NCBI GenBank assembly: GCA_004431415.1 | Contig: QPMI01000114.1 | Coordinates: 1-64,000, forward strand | Length of the DNA: 64,000 nt | Direction of reading: 5' to 3' | Source: Cyanophora paradoxa CCMP329 | Taxonomy: Eukaryota > Plantae > Glaucophyta | In this document: piece after piece, positions 1 to 11,928 of the stretch | Layout: every line of letters starts with the position of its first letter | Numbering within the stretch: position 1 is the stretch's first letter | Position numbers and translations under genes: made by a program | The notes under the pieces: generated by a model | The model's database searches: none | The model's input: only the letters and a program-made list of their open reading frames with translations | Told to the model about the DNA's origin: nothing

Positions 1-366
1 TAAAGCCGCTTTCGGAAGGCCCAATACGAGTTTTCGCTGAGATCATGCAGGGGCCATGGTTGAAACATGCAATGCTCTCACGGGTTGCCAGCATCGACTC
101 AAGACACGCTAAATACTCTTTAGAAAGCCCTTAACTTCCAGATTACAGGAATAAATATTTGTCCGGTCTGCCGATTCCCGGAACGTCGGTGCACCTTCAT
201 GTGTCTCACTGAGCACATCATGAGCACAGTCTGGTGACTTGATGAACAGCTCATCTTCTCTTCAGCACTGAAAGAAGTCATTCCTGGAATTGCTGATTAC
301 CGTCAAAATGAAGTCTTCAAAGCTTTCGAGGGTCCTCTCTCTGATTTTGAAACAATCCGAGTTTAG
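1..366 (+). CDS. Probable 3' exons of a spliced gene of unknown function (partial)
   Basis: Open segments KPLSEGPIRVFAEIMQGPWLKHAMLSR / ITGINICPVCRFPERRC / LIFSSALKEVIPG...FETIRV* are separated by plausible GT..AG introns, with a TAG stop at 364-366. No family recognised. Confidence 0.3.
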
Positions 367-2204
367 ATCTAAAGCCATTAGGCGCTAGCACCTTTTTTTG
401 CCAAGGGGGGGGGCTGTGACTCATTAAGCTGCACGAGCACCAGCAATGCGTGCCACGTCATGAACTGCTCCTTATAGAGAGGGTTCGATGCATTGGAAGG
501 CGGATCGAAGCGAGGAACGCACATGACCAGACCTAGGCCTAGGCCTAGGCCGGTCTCCAAGGGAATTCGTTGTCGTACCCCGGGTCCAACTTGCCGACCG
601 GCGACCGGCCGCGGTGACTGCGTCGGCTGGCCCTCGCGGCGGCAGACGGCCTTGCCAGATAGTTGCAACTCCTGGCAGCACGGCGGCTCGGTGCGTCGTT
701 CTGGGCTTCGCCGCGCAGCCGGACTCCTGACTCTGCGAACAGGCCGAGCAGCGGTGCTGTTGCCGCAGCGAACGCGGCCACTTTGAGAGAGAACGATGCA
801 CCTCTTGCGCCTTGATGCTCTCGCCCGGCTCGTGCTGGGTCTGATTTCAAACGCAGACTGTCGCTGCCCCTGCTGCTGGGTTCGGCCGCGGCCGCGAACG
901 CTCTCGAACGCGTCGTTTTCGACCTCCTTCCGCCCTTAATCTCTACTCGTTGCCCGGCCGCCGCCGGTCAGCTTATGTTGCTTTGACAGGCCCGCGCAGA
1001 AAGGCGAGGCCCCTGCCGATGCGAAGCAAGGTGTTTCTGGTTTCCGTCTGTTTCCTTCGATCGCTCATCCCGCTTGCATGTCAGGGAACACGCACGACCG
1101 AGCCCCGCGAGCACGGCCAAGTGGCGGCCGCGACTTGCTCGCTGGCACTCTTGGCGGCCGGGCGGGAAGCGGTCCGCTGGTCAAGAAACCTCGCGGACGA
1201 TGCTAACGCACGAGCCTCGCTAACACGGCGCGCTTCGCCCGGTTCCGGTCCTGTCTCTTCCAACACTCGCAGCTCGCCTGGCTCCTTCTCCCGCAGGCTA
1301 GGTGCTCGTTCTTGTTTCCGCTACTCTCGCCTTGATCTTGTTCTGACACCGGGGACGCGCGCAGCGCAGCGGGTGCCGTTCACGCGCGGCCAGCATCTCG
1401 CACTTCTTGCTGCGGGAGCTCGGACGGGTGCGGTCTTTTCGCAGGCGCGCGTTCTTCTCCTCTTTCGCTTGACGCTCCGAGCGCAGCGAGCGCCTCGTCC
1501 TCGCCCTCGGCTACGGGCGGGGATGGTGCCGCTGTCACTCCGGATCCGTTCTTCTGCCACTTCTCTTTGCCGAGGTGCACAGCCGCGCGCGCGCATGCCA
1601 ACCTTGTCTCTTTCTGTTCGAGCGTTCGCTGACCGCGACGCGCACAGCGCAACGAGCGCCGCGAGGTGCCGCATGACCTTGTGCGGGTTGCATCACTTTA
1701 CGTCTGAGCCGGTCTGCTAGCGCTGCTCCTCTACTTGCCGAGGCGCACAGCTCGTTTTTGACACTCGCGTGCTCGCAGCGACCAGCGATTGTCCTGCTAG
1801 CAGGGCAGCGGGTCAGGAGCTCGCTGTTTTCGGGAGTATGGCTCAGAGGTAGGGGGCAGCAGCTGCAACTCGTTTTCTCATGCTAGCTATTGATAGGGCT
1901 GCGCTGCCTTCGCGCACATGCATTTTTTGCTGGCAATGCGTTTTCTGTATGACTGCTTTCTGCATATAAGTAGTGGTGGGAGCTTCGGAGAGCAGCGGCC
2001 CTGCCGGGCTTTCGAAGCCTGCGCATGCGCATCCCCATATGCAGGGTGCCCTCGGACCGGGGCCGGCGCCGGCGCCCTGGCCTGGTCCAGGCCGCGGCCG
2101 GCCACGGCCGGCCCGACTAATTTGATTTCTCGAAGTTGAGATAATTTTGAGTTAACTTTAATTATAATAATAATTTTGATTTTTCATGCAGAATATTAAT
2201 ATCC

Positions 2205-2405
2205 GTAAAACACAGGGTTGCACAGAACACACAGGGTTGCACGGTTAAACACAGGTCTACATGGATAAACGCCGGTTTGCATGGGTAAACACAGGGAACA
2301 TGGGTAGGCACAGGTGGACACGGGTAGGCACAGGTTTACATGGGTGGGCACAGGTGGACACAGGTCGACACAGGTCGACACAGATTGCACCAGATTGCAC
2401 AGGAG
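2205..2405. repeat. Degenerate ~10-bp period tandem repeat (CACAGGT(C/G)GA-like)
   Basis: Recurrent acacagg/gcacagg/acatggg units at ~10-bp spacing, following an AT-rich stretch at 2120-2200. Confidence 0.75.
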
Positions 2406-2421
2406 AAGGTTTCGGCAACCT

Positions 2422-4305
2422 ACCGCCCCGCCCCGCGCCGCCCCGCCCCGCCCGCCCCGCCCCGCCCCGCCGCCCGCCCGCCCCGCCCCGCCCCGCCCCG
2501 CCCCGCCCCGCCCCGCCCGCCCGCCGCCCCGCCGCCGCCCCGCCCCGCCCGCCCCGCCCCGCCCCGCCCCGCCCCGCCCCGCCCCGCCCGCCCCGCCCGC
2601 CCCGCCCCGCCCCGCCCGCCCCGCCCCGCCCCGCCCCGCCCCGCCCGCCCCGCCCGCCCCGCCCCGCCCCGCCCCGCCCCGCCCGCCCGCCCCGCCCCGC
2701 CCCGCCCCGCCCCGCCCCGCCCGCCCGCCCCGCCCCGCCCCGCCCCGCCCCGCCCGCCCCGCCCCGCCCGCCCCGCCCCGCCCGCCCGCCCGCCCGCCCC
2801 GCCCCGCCCCGCCCCGCCCCGCCCCGCCCCGCCCGCCCGCCCCGCCCCGCCCCGCCCCGCCCGCCCGCCCCGCCCCGCCCCGCCGCCCCGCCCCGCCCCG
2901 CCCGCCCCGCCCCGCCCCGCCCCGCCCCGCCCCGCCCGCCCCGCCCCGCCCCCCGCCCCGCCCCGCCCGCCCCGCCCCGCCCCGCCCCGCCCCGCCCCGC
3001 CCCGCCCCGCCCCGCCCGCCCGCCCGCCCGCCCGCCCCGCCCGCCCCGCCCGCCCGCCCCGCCCGCCCCGCCCCGCCCCGCCCCGCCCGCCCCGCCCCGC
3101 CCCGCCCCGCCCCGCCCCGCCCCGCCCCGCCCGCCCCGCCCCGCCCCGCCCCGCCCCCGCCCCGCCCCGCCCCGCCCCGCCCCGCCCCGCCCCGCCCCGC
3201 CCCGCCCGCCCCGCCCCGCCCCGCCCCGCCCCGCCCCGCCCCGCCCCGCCCGCCCGCCCCGCCCGCCCCGCCCCGCCCCGCCCCGCCCCGCCCCGCCCCG
3301 CCCGCCCCGCCCCGCCCCGCCCCGCCCGCCCCGCCCCGCCCCGCCCCGCCCCGCCCCGCCCCGCCCCGCCCGCCCCGCCCCGCCCCGCCCCGCCCGCCCC
3401 GCCCCGCCCCGCCCCGCCCCGCCCCGCCCCGCCCCGCCCCGCCCCGCCCCGCCCCGCCCCGCCCCGCCCCGCCCCGCCCCGCCCCGCCCCGCCCGCCCGC
3501 CCCGCCCGCCCCGCCCCGCCCGCCCCGCCCGCCCCGCCCCGCCCCGCCCCGCCCCGCCCCGCCCGCCCCGCCCCGCCCCGCCCCGCCCGCCCCGCCCCGC
3601 CCGCCCGCCCGCCCCCGCCCCGCCGCCGCCCCGCCCCGCCCCGCCCGCCCCGCCCCGCCCCGCCCCGCCCGCCCCGCCCCGCCCCGCCCGCCCCGCCCGC
3701 CCCGCCCCGCCCGCCCGCCCCGCCCCGCCCCGCCCCGCCCCGCCCCGCCCCGCCCCGCCCCGCCCCGCCCCGCCCGCCCCGCCCCGCCCCGCCCCGCCCG
3801 CCCCGCCCCGCCCCGCCCCGCCCCGCCCCGCCCGCCCGCCCGCCCCGCCCCGCCCCGCCCCGCCCCCGCCCCGCCCCGCCCCGCCCCGCCCCGCCCCGCC
3901 CCGCCCCGCCCCGCCCCGCCCCGCCCCGCCCCGCCCCGCCCGCCCCGCCCCGCCCCGCCCGCCCCGCCCCGCCCGCCCCGCCCCGCCCCGCCCCGCCCCG
4001 CCCCGCCCCGCCCCGCCCCGCCCCGCCCCGCCCCGCCCCGCCCCGCCCGCCCCGCCCCGCCCCGCCCCGCCCCGCCCCGCCCCGCCCCGCCCGCCCCGCC
4101 CGCCCCGCCCGCCCGCCCGCCCGCCCCGCCCGCCCCGCCCCGCCCCGCCCCGCCCCGCCCCGCCCCGCCCCGCCCCGCCCCGCCCCGCCCGCCCCGCCCG
4201 CCCCGCCCCGCCCCGCCCCGCCCCGCCCCGCCCCGCCCCGCCCCGCCCCGCCCGCCCGCCCCGCCCGCCCGCCCCGCCCGCCCCGCCCCGCCCCGCCCGC
4301 CCCGC
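2422..4305. repeat. ~1.9-kb (CCCCG/CCCG)n microsatellite; G-quadruplex-prone (GGGGC)n on the minus strand
   Basis: Directly visible run made only of C and G. Confidence 0.97.
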
Positions 4306-4325
4306 GCGGGCCGAGGCTCGGGCAG

Positions 4326-4440
4326 GAGGCGGCGCGGGCGCTGGGCCTCGGGACGGCGACCTTCAAGCGGCTCTGCCGGGAGGCCGGCATCCGCCGCTGG
4401 CCCCACCGCAAGCTCGACGCCCTCGCCCGCTGGGGCGCCC
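4326..4440 (+). pseudogene. RWP-RK domain exon (NIN/RKD/MID-like transcription factor), copy 1, upstream exon missing
   Basis: After the acceptor ggcag the frame reads EAARALGLGTATFKRLCREAGIRRWPHRKL, matching the RWP-RK consensus (EAA..LG...T.LKR.CR..GI.RWP.RK). Confidence 0.85.
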
Positions 4441-6599
4441 GCGCCGACGTGCCCCGCCCGCGCCCCCGCCCCCGCGCCGCGCGCTCGACGCGGGGCGGCA
4501 GGCGGCGCTGGCGCTGGGCCGCGGGAGGCGCCCCGGGGGCTCGACCGCTCGGCCCTCGCGGCGGCGCGGCGCGCGCTGCTCGCCGCCGCCGCCCGCGTCC
4601 GCGCCGACCCCGCCGCCTCCGGTGCGCCCCCGCCGCCCCCGCCCACGCCCGCCCCGCGCCCGCCCCGCCCGACCCGCCGCAGTGACCGAGCCGGTGTTGC
4701 TCGTGAGGAAGATCCTCGGGCCCCACGGGCTGTAGCTGGCGCTGGCCATGGGGCCCGCCCCGCCCTGGGGCTGGGACCCCGCCCGCCCCCGCCGACGCCG
4801 ACGCAGAATTTCAGATTCTGAAAAATGAATAGGAAGTCGACATGTGCGATGAGTATAAATCTCGTACGAAACGGAAACTTGAAAGGCAAAACTACGAGAA
4901 CGAGGGAAGAAGAATCGAGGGACGGGCACACACGTTTTACGGACAGGATGCAAAACTACACGAACGGTCGCGGGGGAAGAACGATCAAGCCTGAAGAGAC
5001 GTGCACGCTGTGACACGCACGTTGATCATAGGCGGTAACGGGCGGGACAACTGCGCTGCAGCTGCCGCAGGCGACGAAGAGAAGGCCGCTGCAGCGCCCG
5101 GCCGAGTGTGCGACCGCGGCCGGGACGAGCTGACGCGCAGTGGAGACGGGCCCCCGCAGACGGGTGCAGCGCGCCTGCGCAGAGGGCTCGCAGAGGGCCC
5201 GACGGGGTACGCGCTGCGGGCCGCCGCGCGCCGCGCTGCGCCCCCGAGGCGCACTGCGCCGGCCTGCCCGCCGGCGCCCCGAGCGCTCGCAGACGCCCGC
5301 GCGGGCGACGGCAGCGGCGCTCGCGATCGAGGGGCGGGCTCTGTTGGAGGCGGCGCCGCTGCGTCACCCGAGGCGGGTCGGTCGAGGCGCGCCGCCGCCG
5401 GCGTGCGGGGGGCCGCCGGGCGCGCCCCACAGGCCGCCGAGCTCGCCCCAGAAGGGCTCCTCGTCGGCCGGCCAGCCGGGGCCGGGCCCCCCGCCGCCGC
5501 CTGCCCGGGCCGGCCTCCAGCAGCGGCGCGAAGTGGAGGCGGGGGAGGCGGCCCGGGGGCGGCCGGCCGCGCGGGGGCCGGGCCGCGCCCGCCGCCGCCA
5601 GAGCCGTCGCGCCCATCTGCGCCGCCGTCGGCGCGGGGCGGGGCGGGCGGGACGGGGGCTGGGCCGGGCCCGGGGCGGGTCTCGAGGAGGGGGAGGCGGT
5701 CGAGAGCGGCAGCGGCGCAGCGGCGCCCGTCCGCCAGCGCTGCCTCCGCGCTGCCGCCCGTCAGGGCCCGAGGGCGCCGGGAGGGCGGCGGCGGGGCGGG
5801 CCGCAGCGCACTGCCAGGGCAGAGGGAAGCGGATGCGATCGTCGTCGGAGCGCGGGGCGCGGCCGCCCCGCCGGGGCCACCCACCAGCTCCGCCTGCGCC
5901 CGCGCGGCTCAGAGGGCGGCGCGCGTGTCTGCGCGGGGACAGGGAAGCACAGGCGCCGCCTGCAGGCGGGGCGGGGGCCCACGCCCCGGGCGGCGTCTCC
6001 GCCCCGAGGTCCGGGAGGACCCAGAGGGGGCATCAGAGGGGAAGGGAGGGCGGGCGGGAGGGCGGCTCCCCCCAGGCCCCCCCCTCGAGGGCGGCGGTCA
6101 GCGGGCGGCGGGGGCGGCGGGGGCGGCCGCGGGCGCGGCCGGCCGCCCACGCGACCGTCCCGCCCTCCGGATCCCTGCGAGCAGCGTCCGACGATCGACG
6201 TCAGCGCCGCCCGCAGGGGTCGACCGGGGAGGCCCGCGGGGGCGCACGGCGGCAAGGAGGGCGGGCGCGCCCGGCAGCAGCGGCGGCACGCGGGGCGCAC
6301 GGGGGCGCGAGGGGGCGGCGTGGAGGGCAGGCGCGCCCGGCGGCAGCAGCGGCACCGCTGCGCGCGGGGGGTCGGGCGTGGGGCGGGCCGCGCGGCGAGG
6401 GCGGGGCCGCACGGGCGAGCGCGGGATCCTCGGAGGGGCAGGAGGGTCCCTCGGGGCAGTTGGCGGGGACCGGGGGCGCTGCGAGGCGTGAGGGGCGCGC
6501 GGCGCGCGGGGCACAGCACCGGGGACGCGCCGCGCTCGTCGCGTGGCCCGGCGCAGCGCACGCAGCCGGCGCCGCCGGCAGGCGGGCCGGCCGCCCTGC

Positions 6600-7432
6600 G
6601 GCGCTTGGGCCTGCCGGCGTCGTGGCGGGCGGCGCTGAGGATGCCCGGCACGGCGACGGTCCAGTCCCCCGCCCCCCACTCCTCGAACCTGCGCCCGCCC
6701 GTGAGGGCCGCCCCCGGCCGCGGGCGGGGCGGCGGCGGGGGCGGGCGGGCGGGGGCCGGAGGACGAGGGAGAGGCGGCCGGCGCGGCTCGAGAGGGGCGT
6801 GATGCGCGCCGCGATCTCGCCCGACGTCCAGCTGGCCCCGGGCTGCCCCGCCAGCTCGACCCTCTGCGCCCGGCGCGCTCGGCCCGGCCCGCCGTGCCCG
6901 CTCAGAGCGGCGCTCGGGCGCGCACGACGGCCGCCCCCGAGAAGTCGTTCGCGCTCAGCCAGTGCTGGAAGGGCGCGGTGGCGACGTCCCGGCCGCGCGT
7001 CCTCAGCACGCAGGACGAGATGGGCGCGCCCGTCTCGTCTGCCGGGCGCGTCAGGGGCGGAGGGCGACGCGCGCGGGCGCCGGGGAGCCTGCGGGCCGTG
7101 CAGGGCCGCCTCGAGCCTCGGAGGGCGCTGGGCCACGGCGACGGCGTCGGGCGCGGCACGCGCGGCGCGTCGACGTCCACGCGGAAGGGCACGATCTTGG
7201 ACTGCGCGGGGCGCACTCGGCGGGGGCGACGCGGCCCGGGCGAGCACGCCGACCTGGTTGCCCCCGATGAAGAAGGGCTCTGCCGCAGCGCAGGACTAGT
7301 CAGCTCGGAGGCGCGTGGCAGTGATCGCGGGGCAGTGCCGACCTCCGCTGCCCGTGGATGTGCTCCGTAAAAAGTGTGGCCCGCAGGCGGGTGCCGCAAC
7401 TCAGGATGCGCTCTCCCACGACCGCGTACATG
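6600..7432 (-). pseudogene. Spliced gene relic of unknown family within block A (second copy ~52960-53790)
   Basis: Exon-like segments conserved in both copies, separated by GC-rich intron-like spacers ending in cag: MYAVVGERILSCGTRLRATLFTEHIHG / EPFFIGGNQ / SKIVPFRVDVDAPRVP / RVELAGQPGASWTSGEIAARITPLS. Confidence 0.4.
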
Positions 7433-10400
7433 TGCGATGGCGCGGATGCGTGCGTCGAGCGCTGATCGCTGATCTCGGGCGCCGTGGCGCATGTGCGTCC
7501 GAACATAGCTAGATCAAGCTGGCTAGGCAGGCGACCCTAACCCAGCCAGCTACGGCGGGTCAGGCCTAGGGGCGAGACCAAGACCACGAGCAGTTTTACC
7601 CGTGTATACGTAGCCGTTCCCTGCCGTACCCTTCCGAGCCTCATCGACGAGTCATCGTCGAGTCATCGACGAGTCATCGTGTCCGGCCGACTCCGACGTC
7701 GCGTACGCGTCGTCGTGTCCGACGTATCAGAACGTCTCGGGTTAACGGTCGTGACGACGACGCCGCCCGGCCGCACGCGCGCGGCCGCTGTCGGCCGTTT
7801 CCTGGCCTCGGAGCGCTGCGCGCCGCCGGCAGCCGCCTTGAAGAGCACCTGTACCTCTGCCACGTGGCCATCTGCCGCTACACGCCCTCTGCCGCGCCAC
7901 GCCGAGTCGATCGCGCGCCGCCGCGGCAGCGCTTCACGCCGGCCTCCCTTGAGCGCGAGAATGTCCCGGAGGAGCCCGGCCGAAAGAACATCTCAAGCTT
8001 CGCCACCGACCACCGCGCCTCTCTCTCCGGCGCGCGCCCGTGCCCCCGGCCCCGCCCCGCCCCGCCCGCCTCGTGGCTGACCCGCGCGTGCGTGCGTCGT
8101 CCGCAGGCGTCCGGCTGGAGACCCTTCGCGAGCCGCAGGCGCGCCGCGCCGACCCCCGTCCCACGCCCCGCCTCCGTGCCCCGCGCAGCTCGAACCAGCG
8201 GCCGCGGGCTGTCCGACGGGAGCGCGTGCGCCATCAACCGCGGAAACCCGGCCCCCCGCCCTGCCCCGCCCCGAGCACGTCGTCCCGTAAGCGTACCGTA
8301 CCCTCCTGGCCAGGGCGACGCGAGGCTTCGAGCGGAAGCTGCAAAACCTGCGCCAGTGGCGGGAGGCTCTCCGTCGAGCGTGCTCGCGGGCTTCTTGGCC
8401 GCCGCCGATGCGGGCCGCCGGTGGCCCGCCCGCTCTGGCCAGCGTGCGGGAGCGCCAGTCGGGGTACGCGCAGCTCTACTGGTCGTACCCCCCCTCTCCT
8501 TCCCCCGCCCTGCTCTCCCTCGCCCCTCCAATCGCGTACCCCAGGACGCGAACGCGTCCCGAGCACGACGTCGCTTGTGGCGGGCGCGGGCGACTCGCGC
8601 GTGAGCAGGAGCTCCGGGGGCGGGGTGGGCCGGTGCCTGTCGCCCCCCGCCCCGCCCCGCGCCTTTCCCACCTGCGGGCCTGGCCCCTGCCCCCCGCCCC
8701 AGCGTGCGGAGGGGCCCGCGGCGGAGGGGGCGCAGGCACCCCGCGGGGGGGGGGGGGGGGGCCGAAGCGGAAGGCGAGGGCGAGGGAGGGGGGGGGGGGG
8801 GGGGGGGGGGATAATATACTCACAGGCAGTGGCCCAGTGGTGGGGCCCCTTCGCGCTCTTTAGGTTCGCCCGTCGCTCATCCTGCCGCAGTGCCATGGCC
8901 AGCTGCAGCCCTCTCGCAACCTCTCCCGACTCCGCTTCAGCAGCAGCCGGATCCGGGCCGCTCACGGCGCATGTGTGTAAGCTTGCCTAGCACGGGCAGC
9001 GCGCACTGCCGCGCCCCCCGGGCCCGCGCTCCGGATCCCCCACCGCGCCGCCGCGCCCGCGCCGACCTCTGCGCCCTCCCAGATCTTGAACGATGGAAGG
9101 CCACGAGGACGTCAAGAACGTGCGCAGCTCAGCCACGGAGGCGACCGCGGTCCCCGCGGGCCCCGAAGCCGATGGCAACGCAGCGACGTCGACGGTGCGG
9201 CGCGCCTGATATCGATGGCGATGATGGCGTCCTGACGCCACCTGCGGCCTAGCTATACAAGCGTATCGCCTCCCTCTCGCCTATACAAGCGTATACAAGC
9301 GTATCGCCTTTTCCCTGCATAATAAGTAGGTTCCTCCTCGCCCCATTCAGGCGCTTGGAGCTTCAATGGGGCATTCCAAACTCCGCAAAACTCAGGTTCA
9401 CTCGTGAGGACCCAGGCGGCCCGGCGCGCGGGTCGAACCCGTCTGGGGCATTGTGCACCCCAAACTCAGACCCCCCATCTCCAAGGGGTCCCTGGCCCGC
9501 CTCTCCGGGTACTCGCGGTACCCCCCGCCTCTCCTGGTCCGGCCTTATCGCCTCTCGACGCAGCCGCCTGCGCATCGAGGAGGAGCGCCGGAGGCGGGGC
9601 GCGGTCGCCTCGCGGTGCGTGCCGACCCCAGACCAGACCCGCCCCCTGACGTCCTCATCGCCTTTTGCCGCAAACCCGCCCCCTGACCGGTACCCCGCCG
9701 AACGCAGGCCGCCCCGACGGGTCCGACCTCGGACCCCGCGACCCGCGCGGGCGTACACCCCCCACCCTTCCAGCGCCGGTTTCGCGCAGGCCCTGGACGC
9801 CCGGCCCCGTGCTGCGGGTGCGGGGCGGGATGGGGCTGGGGGGCGCCGTCGCCGCGTTCCTCCGGGCCGCCGGCGCAGCCCTGGGGCGTGCATGCAGGCC
9901 CCGCGCTTTCCGAGCGCCCACGTACCCCCCTGTGCGCCTACTCCAGCGCCCCCCCGCGCTTTCCGAGCGCTCCTCGATCGCGCTCCTCACCCCCTGTCCG
10001 CCTGCAACCGGAGCTCGGGGGGCTCGGCTCGGCTAGGCGCCCCGAGCTCGAGCTCGAGCTTCGTCCACCGAAGCCGCGCGCCGGCTCCCTCGGGTCTTCC
10101 TTTCTGCCCTTCCCCTCCAGGCCGCTCGTCCACTCCGAGCCGCCGGGCCCCCGGCCGCGCCCGCGCCTCTGCCCCGGGCACGGGGAGGGGCGCGGGGGTG
10201 CAGTCGAGGCAACATCGGCCGCCCGGCGCGTGCGCGGGATCCGAGGGCCGCCCGCTGCGGGCCGCCACCCGGGGGCGGTGAGGGAGGCGGTGGCGACCAC
10301 CTGCGCGTGCCCCTCTCTCGCCCCGAGGTCGAGTGCCCCGACGAGGCGCGTACCTCCTCTTATTTATTACCCCCTAAGGGGGGACACGCGGTAGGCGGCC

Positions 10401-11928
10401 CCCTAAGCGTCGCCCCGCACGCCACTGTACCCCCCGGCCCTACCCTTGCATCGCCCCGCATGTACCCCCCGCCCTTTCTCGTTTCCTCTCCCACTGACGG
10501 GGGCATGCGCGCGCAGCCCGCGCGGGAGGGCGCGGGCGGCGCCCAACAGCGCGCCCCCAGAGGCCCGCCCGCCCTCTCCGCCTCCCCCTCCGGCCCTCCT
10601 CCGCCACCCCCGAGCCGCCCCCTCCCCCCTGCCCCGAGTCTGCTGCGCTCCTGTACCCCCGTTCCGCGTCAAGCCGCTGCAGGAGAAGCCGGCGCCTCGA
10701 TGGGCGCGGCGGCGCACGGCGCGACGCCCGCCCGGCCGGCGGCCCCGTCGCCGATCTCTCCCCCGCCTCCTCCTTCCCCCCCCTCCTTCCTTCCCCCCCG
10801 CTCCCGCTCCACTCCCTGACCTCCTCCCCTCCCTCTCCCCTCCCACTGGGCAGCGGCAGGGGGCCGCCCCGAGGACGACCCCTCTCGCCCGCCCGCCCAG
10901 CCCTCGCCTGGCCCGACCCCACCCGCCTCGGCCCCGGCCGCCGACGCGCCGGCATCGCCGCGGCGGCCGCGGTGCCCGCCCGCGGAGGAGGCCGGCGGCG
11001 GCGACGATGTGTGGGGAGGCCGGCGGCGGCCCAGGCGCCCGCCCCGCGCCGCCCCGCGCCCCACGCTTGCGCCCTCCTCTGAGCCTGTGGCAGGAGGCGG
11101 GTGTGCCGCGAACGGGGCGGGAGGCGCGGGGGTGGCTGGAGCGCGGGGCCGCGGGGTTCCCCGCCGCCTCCCGGCGCAGCGCCGCCTAGGTCCGTGCATC
11201 GTTCCATTGGGCATTCTATGAGGGGCCGCGCGGCGAGTCCTTGGTCCCCCACGCCACCCGCGCGCGCCCCAGGATGCCGCCTCTCTCGATTCCCTCTCCT
11301 GTCCTTACCTCTCTGCTTCTTATCGTCTTTGTCCTTCCTCCCTCTCTCCGCCCCGCCCCGCCCCGCCCCGCCCCGCCCCGCCCGTTTCGTCACGGCTGAA
11401 CCTTCACTCGCTTCGCAGCTCTCGCTGCTGACGGGGCCCCGCGCCGGCCGCCGCAGCGCGCGCCTCTCGCTCCTATCGAAGCGCGCCGCGGCGGTGGCCT
11501 CGGCCGCCTCGAAGCGCGCCGAGACCGCCCCGGCGGTTCCGGCGGCGGCAGAGGCGGCGGCGTGGTCTGCAGCAGAGAGGCAGGGAGAGAGGTGCGCGCG
11601 AGCCGCCCCCTCTCCCCCGCGACGCTCGCCCTGAATTAACTGCTGGCGCGCAGGGGCACGCCGCCGAAGCGGAGCGCCGACCCCGGGACGCCGGAGGGGG
11701 AGCGGCCGCCCTCGCCCAAGCACTGTGAGGGGTACCTCTTCGGAGGGGGCGGCGGCGGGGGCGCACTGGCCTCCCGCCCCGCCGCCGAGTCGCCAGCGCG
11801 CTCCTCGGCGGGCGCCGCCGCCGCCGCCGCTTCGGCCGGCGGCTCGGGCGCGGCCCGGTCGGAGGGATCCTCGGGGGGTACGGGGCCATCGGAGGGCGGG
11901 GCGGGGGCCCCGCCCGAGCAGCCGAGGC

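Larger units (their letters stand above)
4306..8140 (+). repeat. Segmental duplication block A, copy 1 (paralogous to ~50700-54680; partial third copy at ~25260-25830)
   Basis: Collinear shared sequence, e.g. gcagaatttcagattctgaaaaatga (4803/51221), ttgatcataggcggtaacgggcgggaca, ccgatgaagaagggctctgcc, atagctagatcaagctggctagg, catctcaagcttcgccaccgaccaccg. Confidence 0.92.

Noticed and set aside
2196-4931. 770-910-aa Pro/Arg/Gly/Ala ORFs in multiple frames
   Set aside because: Artefacts of the stop-free CCCCG microsatellite; only the RWP-RK exon at the end is meaningful.
9420-9445. tRNA or tRNA-derived SINE (gcgggtcgaacccg B-box-like)
   Set aside because: No cloverleaf or convincing A-box could be built.
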